Assembly: GCA_977862235.1 (NCBI GenBank)
Contig: OZ374562.1
Coordinates: 1,302,001-1,366,000, forward strand
DNA: 64,000 nucleotides
Reading direction: 5' to 3'
Source of the DNA: Dudresnaya verticillata
Lineage: Eukaryota
Of this stretch, positions 35,901 through 43,655 are shown piece by piece. The first letter of the stretch is position 1, and each line of letters begins with the position of its first letter. The notes beneath the pieces are model-generated. The model did not search any database. It saw only the letters and a list, made by a program, of their open reading frames with translations, and was not told where the DNA came from. The position numbers and the translations under genes were made by a program.

Positions 35901-36994
35901 CGAGCTTTAGGGCCAGCTCTATAAGGGTGTTGATAGATGGGTTTTCCCCCTTCCATCAACTCAATCCGATGCTGAGTGGCCTTAATGGTGCCCAGTTGGC
36001 CTGACCACATTTCTTGATACTCTTGAAGCATTTCCATGATTTGGGATCTAGTAGCACTGTCTTCGACACCTATATGGACAGTGTCTTCCCAGCTGGGTTC
36101 CGCTTTTGGCTGCTCCCCCTGGGTATCCGACCGGGGATCTTCTAGTAGAGTTCCAATACTCAAAACCTGATCCGGTCTTGGTAACGCATGGCCTACTACT
36201 TGAGTCTTCTTCAAGCGAGCAGGGCGATCACCAAAATTGGTCATTAGCACCGGAAAAACTTCCATAGGAAGAACATCCCTGATCCCATTTTCCATAATGG
36301 TTAACGACTTATGTAGTGACCGCGGGGTATTATGAACCAGGCATAATCCAGATGCACTGGTTCTCACCGGCACAAACGAACGTGACCTAGGAGGTATAAC
36401 CCAATCTTTGGCTATTCTCACTTTGGTAGAAACCGTTGGTTGTTTAGCGTCGGGAACAGCAACTCTTCCCATAGAAACACCGAGAATAGGTACTGCTGGG
36501 GCATCCTTCAAGAGTAACCTTCGGGGTCCCGGCATGATGGCTGTGACATGTCGATCGATGAAGGCTGTTCCAAGTATAACCTCGGCAGGCATATTAGCAA
36601 CAACCAGAAAATGGGTCTTCGTATAGAGATTACCGACACGGATATATAAGGGGATGACTCCTAGAGGTAATATTCGATTATTAGAAGCGTCGACGATGCT
36701 ACGCGTGGTTTCCTTATAGTGTTTGGCTCGCTTTTCCCAACCATTAGGTAACATTTTAACATGAACCAGATTGGGTCCGGCGCCAGAATCAATCACGCCC
36801 CTTGCGGATATCATCTGAGATGACCAGACCCCTAACGATAGATCCACTTTGTAGTTTTGCTTCTTAAGTAAACATACTTCATCATAGTCATCACCCTCCA
36901 GGTTATCCACGACATCGGGTCGTAATACGGGTTCTGGAAGGCGCATATTTGAGGAGGGGGCATGCGTCGTTATGCCTCCTCCTCCACGTTTTCC
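32933..36994 (-). CDS. pol polyprotein of E (protease, RT, RNase H, integrase, chromodomain), probably reached by -1 frameshift
   Basis: 1337-aa ORF from ATG 36946, frame open back to GGAAAAC at 36988-36994; IDSGAG, YLDD, DACD, GHPG...CTKC, MDLAGP, SDNG, GQVER, YKVRWYGY...DTWEP. Confidence 0.96.
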   Translation of the reverse strand, partial: GKRGGGGITTHAPSSNMRLPEPVLRPDVVDNLEGDDYDEVCLLKKQNYKVDLSLGVWSSQMISARGVIDSGAGPNLVHVKMLPNGWEKRAKHYKETTRSIVDASNNRILPLGVIPLYIRVGNLYTKTHFLVVANMPAEVILGTAFIDRHVTAIMPGPRRLLLKDAPAVPILGVSMGRVAVPDAKQPTVSTKVRIAKDWVIPPRSRSFVPVRTSASGLCLVHNTPRSLHKSLTIMENGIRDVLPMEVFPVLMTNFGDRPARLKKTQVVGHALPRPDQVLSIGTLLEDPRSDTQGEQPKAEPSWEDTVHIGVEDSATRSQIMEMLQEYQEMWSGQLGTIKATQHRIELMEGGKPIYQHPYRAGPKAREAEKAEVQRMLREGVIEPSGAEWASPVVLVSKPDGSLRFCVDYRRLNSITRRDSYPLPRMGECIDSLGDAKIFTTLDCNSGYWQVEVDPDDRDKTTFTCHEGLYRFIRMPFGLKNAPATFQRAVDIILSRCKWQYALVYLDDVIVYSRSINDHFHHLGTVLDLLRTAGVSLKLSKCKFFEASVDYLGHVIRPGKLEVASKNVTALRQAKPPTDQTELRSFLGVCNVYPRFVPNYARIASPLSRKLRKDQPFTFESLAEDEYDAFDELRRRLLTAPILALPRKGFRYYVDTDACDLQVGCCLLQETEQGDKQPIGYWSRTLNSAERNCSATERECLAVVWSLLTLRPYLEGDRFTVRTDHEPLQWLLNLSDASGRLARWRLRLSEFDFLVTYNPGREHHLADTMSRLSTPGSDQTPLDDDIPCFTLAVENSTPRQLNLPTVRDLANQKGLPRQVSKQELLEAQSRYDYCQKMANQIGIAGSQFQWDHNGFLIRQATLDGALQIVVPKSLRPRILYLAHYPLLSGHPGGSRMYYTLRRQFYWPYMANDAYAVVGDCTKCVQNRGTLRKHQNYLKLFPAAGPLEFLAMDLAGPFPKTEHGNRFVLVITDRFSKLTRAIPLRNTNARTVAQAFLDHWVYPYGVPLYVLSDNGPQFVSKFFAMICQTLGLRQLFTTAYHPQTNGQVERFNKTLVQRLRHYVADHQRDWDSYVHPLTYAYNLQVHRSTGTSPFDLVLSRQPSVIPLQGSPTTGFTNQLDSQLTAASVKRLTIRKLQQAIATAKVTITAAQQRYKSAFDTSVARPFSVTVGDWVYLDRPKFTKRQVGERQASLVDPAEEQNLSRKLLPKATGPFLVTAVHANHTVTIKQYGLFNTVSQDRISVDPHRGPRAPLDDPEITQDPPSAPPLPTATTHSDYYTVDHLVKHRVTDSGYQYKVRWYGYAPNDDTWEPPAHIPHNFATGAGLTRRHRLELGGCRLRGFSQTPKYLVKRHSGS

Positions 36995-39003
36995 GCAATG
37001 GAAACTCCTTGAGCTGCCTTTGAGGGCTCCACTGAGGGTGATCCCGTGCGTCTAGCCTGGGTGGGGCCCGGATGGCCTGTTGAGGAGGAGGCCCCGGGGT
37101 TACCTTGTCGATTACCTTGCATGGCTCGGGCCCGAGCTAAACCATAGAGGTTTTGCCTTCTGGAAGCAATTATGCCAGCGCGAACCGCGGGGGTTACCAA
37201 TGGACATTCATGTGCTATGTGGTCTGGGTTAGCACAGATCCAACATGCCCGTATCGGCGCACCATCTCGGGATCCCACTGTGGTTATCGAAGACGGGGGT
37301 GTCATAGACTGGTTAGATAAGTCTTCACCAAGTTGGAAAATCTCCTCTTCATAAATGTCTTCCATGCCCGGTAAACCCTCGGAGGTAGCTGTCGACGTAC
37401 TCACGGAGTGAGACGGCGGTTTCTCGAAGCTAACCGCGGCGACGGGAATTACTCCCCTTTTACCCTTTAGGTTAGTCGTCCCACGTGTACTCCTATGAGC
37501 TTCTCCAAGGTCTTGTGCATATTGTGTAATCTGCGTGTAGGACAAACTCTTTGAGGAAGCCAATCGGTTACGAACCGGTGCACGGATACTCGGGAGGAGT
37601 CCATCAACGAAGATCGCCTTGAGGCGGTGTTCAGTAAACACCGACCCGCAACGGCGAGCTCTGGCTCTTACTAACTCTGCGAAGTCCCGTTCCGTTTTTC
37701 CTTCTGCTTGTCTCAACGAGATTACGTCAGCATAGGCTAGCGCAATAACCTCATCGGTGGCATAAGTTTCCAAAAGGTAATTGACCACTTCGGGGTACGT
37801 TGTCAACAAATCTCCCTCATCTTCGGAGTCCACAACCATACTGGTTCTTGTCTGTAGCCTGGCCTGAAGGTTGTCCCTTGCGGTTCCTGCCATAAAATAT
37901 TGTAGTAACCAAACGGCAGCTCCTTCATGGATATCATTGTGGTTACAGGCATCCTTGAACCTCGCTAGGAAACCCAAGATGTTAATCGGGTCTACACCCG
38001 AAAAACGAGAGGGTGGCATCTGAATAGCCATCCTCTTATAGTAGGTATTTACTTTCTGAGAGATTCTCGAAGAGTAAAGCCTTGAGCGGTTGTCTAATCG
38101 GTAGCTTTGAAAGTTAACCACTCGGGTAAATAGGTCGTTAAGGGGTTTAATCCTCCTGACCTTTGTAGGTTTAGACGACCGGCGACGGCGCCGTCGGTCA
38201 TCTTCGGATGAATCATCCGAACTTGAACCATCTGAGGTAACTGACGATGAGTCAGACTCAGATGAGTGATGTTTCTTCTTATTTTTCTTTCGTTTGTCCT
38301 TCTTCTTCTTCTTTTTAGAATGCTTGGACTTCGATCCTTGTCGGTTACTCTTACTACCTTCGGAGTCCGACAAACCCCCTTTGGGTTCCTTTTTTATATC
38401 ACCAGTTTCGGTTGGTAGAACGATGCCAGGAGGGACGACATCATCCTCCTTATTTTCCACTTTGGTTTCCCCTGTGAGTTTAGACTTTGGTCCAGTTGAA
38501 GGGTCCGCTGCTTGCCCATAGGCCTCGAGAGACTGAGCGACCAACGGGGGAACCATTTTGGTAAGCATCCCATAGATTGGACTACTGTCCGGCTGAGTGG
38601 TCCATGACTGGACTAACTTGTCAGTAGCCGTGGCGGCAAGCTCTGAGAGTGCCCTTGGACCTTGTTCCTCTAGAAAGTGTCCCACTAGTGGTTCAACCGT
38701 TTGAGGTAACCGAAGGGTCAACTCATCATGTAGCCAGTTGATCAGACGGGGCATCAGATCAGTATTGACCCAATGGTTACGGTTGGAATGTAGCGGGGGC
38801 TGCCTTGCGACTTCTTTCGAAGGACCGGCTAAGGGTTTACCTGTTACTGGATTGGTGGATGCTTGACCAGGCGGTTCCTCTTGTTCTACTCCAGGAGTTC
38901 TCGGAGGGTGGAGCAAAGACTCCGGGTCCTCAACTGGGGGGACCAATGGGGTCTGCTCCGCCTTCTGACCACGACGGGAACTACTTTGAGAGTGAGTTGA
39001 CAT
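36970..39003 (-). CDS. gag of element E
   Basis: 677-aa ORF with ATG just downstream of the PBS; Lys-rich and Ser-rich tracts; FSGVDPINILGFL block; CCHC knuckle CWICANPDHIAHEC. Confidence 0.94.
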   Translation of the reverse strand: MSTHSQSSSRRGQKAEQTPLVPPVEDPESLLHPPRTPGVEQEEPPGQASTNPVTGKPLAGPSKEVARQPPLHSNRNHWVNTDLMPRLINWLHDELTLRLPQTVEPLVGHFLEEQGPRALSELAATATDKLVQSWTTQPDSSPIYGMLTKMVPPLVAQSLEAYGQAADPSTGPKSKLTGETKVENKEDDVVPPGIVLPTETGDIKKEPKGGLSDSEGSKSNRQGSKSKHSKKKKKKDKRKKNKKKHHSSESDSSSVTSDGSSSDDSSEDDRRRRRRSSKPTKVRRIKPLNDLFTRVVNFQSYRLDNRSRLYSSRISQKVNTYYKRMAIQMPPSRFSGVDPINILGFLARFKDACNHNDIHEGAAVWLLQYFMAGTARDNLQARLQTRTSMVVDSEDEGDLLTTYPEVVNYLLETYATDEVIALAYADVISLRQAEGKTERDFAELVRARARRCGSVFTEHRLKAIFVDGLLPSIRAPVRNRLASSKSLSYTQITQYAQDLGEAHRSTRGTTNLKGKRGVIPVAAVSFEKPPSHSVSTSTATSEGLPGMEDIYEEEIFQLGEDLSNQSMTPPSSITTVGSRDGAPIRACWICANPDHIAHECPLVTPAVRAGIIASRRQNLYGLARARAMQGNRQGNPGASSSTGHPGPTQARRTGSPSVEPSKAAQGVSIAENVEEEA

Positions 39004-39118
39004 CTTGGAGTAACAGGGGCCTTGGTGGGTTGATTTTCTTCAGTATCCAATTGGGTTACGATATTCGTCGTCCTCTTAACGGCTCACCAACCTTGAAGTT
39101 CTAGGTCGGGAGACCAGA

Positions 39119-39637
39119 TGTAAGGAAGTGCCTTTTAGGTCTCTTGTGAACTCAAAGAGTGCACTCAATGAGAAAGCCACAGAGCGGGTACCTGGTAGCG
39201 GTGGTAGAGCGGGAGGAACCCAGAGGGTAGACGAGGGCACGTAACCTGATTGGAAGCACGATACTGAAGGTAGTTCACTGGGCGGGCGGTTAACCGGGCA
39301 CGGGTGACAAGTGTGCTGCGGTGCCGATAGCTTGGAGACGTAGTTGGGGCCGGAAGGTGCTTCCCTTTACTGTTCAGTGACCGCTGCAGGAGATACCCTT
39401 ATATGGTACTCCGACTGTCAGGCAGCAACCCTCATACTGGGCTATATACACGCCCCCTATCCTAAGCTATAATTTCTAAAATAAATACACAGATACTAAG
39501 CTACTGACCTGCAGAGTGACACTTGGACCAATCATAGGCTACCCGTCTTGTCCCTGCTGGCGCCCTACAGGTAACGCTATTTCCGCATATACACGGGGGC
39601 AGAGGGCCCACTTCTGTAAGCCCTTCACAGTATTACA
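39119..39637 (-). repeat. 5' LTR of element E
   Basis: Direct repeat of 29764-30282; adjacent PBS TGGTCTCCCGACCTAGAA (minus strand, 39099-39116). Confidence 0.97.
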
Positions 39638-39758
39638 TCTACCACGCTAACACCCCTTTCAGTTTCTCCGTTAGGCTACGAGGCCATTCTTTAGGCTATG
39701 AGGCCATTCTCCACAGTGCGAGACTTCCCCGCGTCACCGTGGACTTCGTGATACCACA
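39638..39758 (+). repeat. 3' LTR of B, piece 3
   Basis: Matches ~7194-7314; ends ATACCACA. Confidence 0.9.
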
Positions 39759-40575
39759 AAGGAGCTCCTACGCGTATTCCGTCCGGTGGTTTCTGAACTC
39801 CAAATTCGGTTTGAAGAATGGCCCAAAATCCTCCTGTTGGTTCAGAGTGCGCCCAACAAAGCGCCTTCACGGCCACGGAAAGATGTTGCGCCCATCACGG
39901 CGTTTACGGGCATGTCGTATACGCCCCCAATCTCTACGTTTCTCCAAACAGAAACGACTACTCCCGTTACGGTGGACAATGTATCGCTCGAGCGTGTCAT
40001 AAACGTCGCCGAGCTTAAGAACCGCATGCCAGATCTCCATCTGGTAATTGAAAACACCGTACGGATTGCACGATCGATTGTCGAAAACGAAAGCGTGCCT
40101 TAGTCTCCCGCGGAGAGCTGCCAAAATTCACCGAAGGTGATTTCGTCCTCGTCGCACGAGAGAACTTCTTAAGGGTGAAAAGCTTGCCCTTCACTGGTGC
40201 GGACCGCGTCGGATTATCAAGGCAATCTCCGACTGGGTTTTTCAAGTCGAAGATCTCCGCAACGGTGTTCTTGAGGATGTGCACTCATGCCGTCTAAAGT
40301 TCTACCATAACGCCTCCCTGGACACGGACGTCATCATGTCGCACGTCCTGTCCTCCGAAACGGGAATGCCAGTCGCGCGCTTAATGCGTCTGGTTGATAC
40401 TCCGAACGGAATGAATGTTTTGGTTCGCTGGAAAGGGCTTCCGCACTCGGAAGATTCCCTAGAGCCACTGGAGCGCGTCTAAGAGGATGTTCCCGCAATG
40501 CTGCTCCGCCTTCTCCAGCGCAAGAATACTCCGAACGGATTAGTTGAGAAAGCACGACGCCTTCTTGCACTTTGA
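39759..40575 (+). pseudogene. Integrase C-terminus and chromodomain remnant of element A
   Basis: EEWPKILLLVQSA...APITAFTG; VLVRWKGLPHSEDSLEP; followed by PPT and 3' LTR. Confidence 0.75.
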
Positions 40576-40585
40576 AAGAGGGGAG

Positions 40586-40844
40586 TGTAGCCAGCTGTAC
40601 GCTTGGCTATCTCACCGGAACGGCGTTGCACCTCTTTGAGGACTCCGATACGGCGTCCGCCCCGTGGCATCGTGGCCATGTGTCATGGACTCGCCGCCGT
40701 CGCTCTCCCTCCACGGTTCTGTAGTACTTATACCGTCTCGGATATCACTCTCACTAAACTCGCCGCATTGCAGCCGAAGCTTCTGCCTTAACCCTGTAGG
40801 TTACCGCAAGTCACCTGGCTCGGAGTTCCCCTCCAGCCATCACA
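40586..40844 (+). repeat. 3' LTR of element A
   Basis: Direct repeat of 5470-5728; preceded by PPT, followed by TSD ATATC. Confidence 0.95.
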
Positions 40845-43655
40845 ATATCTGTTACAATTATAGACGAATGCTTTCCAGAACGAACCTCGTCACCTATCAA
40901 AGGATTCCTTTTGGGTCCTAAAAGAGAATCGCAATGGTGTATGCTACAATATCTTAGCAGCCCTCCTCGGCTACTAACTACCATACTGCCAAACATAGTC
41001 GGGAGCAGCTGGCACTGCCTTTCCTATCACCATCTGAATTGTGAATGTGCGTTTGACCCTGCAATCTTTGTTTAGCTCACCGGTCTGAGCTACACCCGAT
41101 GTTACATAAAACTGCACAGCAGGGACAGCGTGTTCCTTCAAGGCCATCTCGCGTATTTATGTCCATGTCACTGCAGTCATTGCCATGTGTGCAATCGTGC
41201 TGGCGTAGAAAAATTTCCGGACGGCCAGACAAACACTTGATTGCGAATATTTCTGACAGCGAAAGGCTCAGTGATCACTTGGACGACGCACACTCCACGA
41301 CAGCACTCAACGGAGATGGGTAATGTCGCCTTTGTTTCACGATCGTAAAAAGTGAATAAACGTAGTTTGGAGAGAACATGGCTCCACTCCACCTCGCGTG
41401 CCACCAGCATCACATCTCTATCGAAATTGAGGAACAGCTTGCCCTGGTATACGGCTCCTTCTCTGTGAAAAGGTGAACAGCAGCCTCGTCATTTCAGAAG
41501 CTTACTTCCACTTATGCGGCTCACCCGGCTTGTCATGGTCAATTCCAATTCACTAAAATCTGAACTTACAAAGCGCAAAGCAGCTATGTTTTGGTCGTGG
41601 TCGGGTCGCCAGCCATGACAGGAAGGCTGCTGAAACAGAATGGCGAAAAATGTGCGGTGAAAAATATGCGGTGAAAAATATGCGGTCTGTTAGGTAAGGC
41701 ATTTGCCGATGGAAATGCCTCACGATAGCCGTCACATCAGTATTGTCGGACAGGCCTCGGCAGTTTCCGAAGATATGGTTGCTCGCAAATTAACTCTCTT
41801 CGAGTTCATTGCCCACTTCCATTAACATTGTTGGAGAGCACCGCCCGCGGTCAATCCGCATTGAAACAGCTGGAGCTCAGTTGGCCAATACCACGGCAGA
41901 TGATGGCAATCTGATCAGCTCCAGTTCTGGCACGTCGCATCAGGCTGCTGGCTTTGTACCAATGGTCCGATCTTGTGCTGGTACATGTAGCATCGTTTGT
42001 TCGGCCCTTGCAACACCAGACCTCCATTTTCATTATGCTCGTTGCAGACGTTTATCACAGAACGGACGAGTGCTGTTTCTTCATGACTTCAGCCATTGGT
42101 CAACCTGCAGTCTGCTTGCCCCCTAATACAGTTCCCCATTCTCTTTTTTCGTTGTGAGGCATGAGAAATGCATTTTGCTACTCGCATCTATGGTCTTCAA
42201 CATATCAATACATTACCTATTAGACAGATATTCAACAAAACGAGAGCTGGACCGTAATTATTCCTGGGACATGTGCGGAAATGGACTTCGCACACCAAGC
42301 TGCAAAACGTACGCCAAGGGGACTCAGAACGTACCCTTAATGGTACCAAACTTCTCGCCACGCGCGACAGAGAAAACTAGTGGCACAGCATTCTATGGTA
42401 GTGGTACGCCAGTCCTCTCTTCACCCCAACCCTCAAGGGGAAGCAGGCTTGTACCTCCATGACATTAGATGTTTTAGCTGAGTTCACAATCGCGATGTAT
42501 GCCGCCTTCCTAAACGTTTCTTGCAGAAGCTAGAAAAATAAGGCTTGTGCATGCACTCTAAACATTGAAACTGTAGAAACCTCCTTTCTGTACCGTTAGA
42601 TCTCGGCACTTTCCTTGAGCGAAGGACAATGGAACGAGAGAGAAAGAGAGAATAGATATTCTCCCACAGAGATGTGATGAGAGAAAAAACAAGGCCAGTG
42701 CAGAAGACAGTGCGAGAGAGCTGTGCGAGAGTGTTCTTTACAAGAGAGTTTGATGAGGCAGTGCGCACATTCCTTCAGTCAAGAATTGAGAAACTGTCAT
42801 TCCAACCACAGTCCTATCACCCATTTTTGATCTCCGACGCCACCGCTCATTGTTGGTTCCACCGCTGGTCCCTCCCCTAACATCCGCAGCCAAACCACGT
42901 ATTCTCCTCGCTCCATCCGTGCAAGTAATGTTCATCCCATGGAAATTTCCATCCAACGAGCTTCCGCTGCAGTACCATGAACCTCTCTCCCATCCACTGC
43001 CATCGTGTCGGGGTGCCGGCGCGAAATGGACCGACGGGGCAGGTCTGTCCCATCGGGTGATAGGTCCCGTTAGCTCTGTCCTCTAGCGCTGTATATGAAA
43101 CGTTTTTCCCACACACCATCACGATGTACAGCAAGGGAGAACTAGTTGATGAACAGCAAGCAAACACCCCTTTAATCGCAGTGCTGACCGCCTCCAGTTT
43201 TGAAGAATAATGGTATCTTTCCACGGATATATGCAGTAACACTAAAGCCATCCTGCCTGAATGCAACAGAGCAAACATCTGGCGCTAGATCTTGTCTGAA
43301 CTAGAGGCACCCAAAAAGCTACCGAGTTTTGGGGCCGCATGGGTCTTGCTCGATCTTCACAGCCATGCCCCCCAGCCTAAATGTGATGGCTCCTACCTAC
43401 ATCGGTGGCATGTCCCATTCTCGCCCAGAATGGCGCATCTGGCTGGGAGCGCTTGCCCCTCCAGCCCAGCAGCAATGTCATCACACCCACTTAGTGACCT
43501 CGCCATGTCGTAGACTTGTCTAGATATTTGCACCCGCTCAGATCCTTATTCAAGAACCGCACCCCTCACAATCCCATAAATAGCTTCTCGCCAGCACCGC
43601 GGTAGCGCACCCTCAAACATTTTCCGTACCACCGTCACCGTTCGACAACAGAAAA

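Larger units (their letters stand above)
29764..39637 (-). mobile_element. Young, structurally complete chromodomain Gypsy retrotransposon E
   Basis: 519-bp LTRs 29764-30282 and 39119-39637 (about 4 differences by hand count); TSD TCTAC (29759-29763 and 39638-39642); PBS 39099-39116; PPT just inside 30283-30296; open gag and pol. Confidence 0.97.
6471..39758 (+). mobile_element. Chromodomain Gypsy retrotransposon B (degenerate), 3' LTR split by elements C and E
   Basis: 5' LTR 6471-7314, PBS 7316-7333, gag, pol in PR-RT-RH-IN-chromodomain order, PPT GAGGGGGGG 18432-18440; 3' LTR in three pieces 18444-18483, 29072-29763, 39638-39758. Confidence 0.92.
5470..40844 (+). mobile_element. Gypsy LTR retrotransposon A (outermost element, internally deleted)
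   Basis: 259-bp LTRs TGTAGCC...ATCACA at 5470-5728 and 40586-40844; TSD ATATC (5465-5469 and 40845-40849); PPT GAAAGAGGGGAG 40574-40585; gag remnant at left, integrase C-terminus and chromodomain remnant at right. Confidence 0.92.

Noticed and set aside
40850..43650. Short ORFs upstream of the monooxygenase gene
   Set aside because: All short, with no recognisable domains; treated as intergenic
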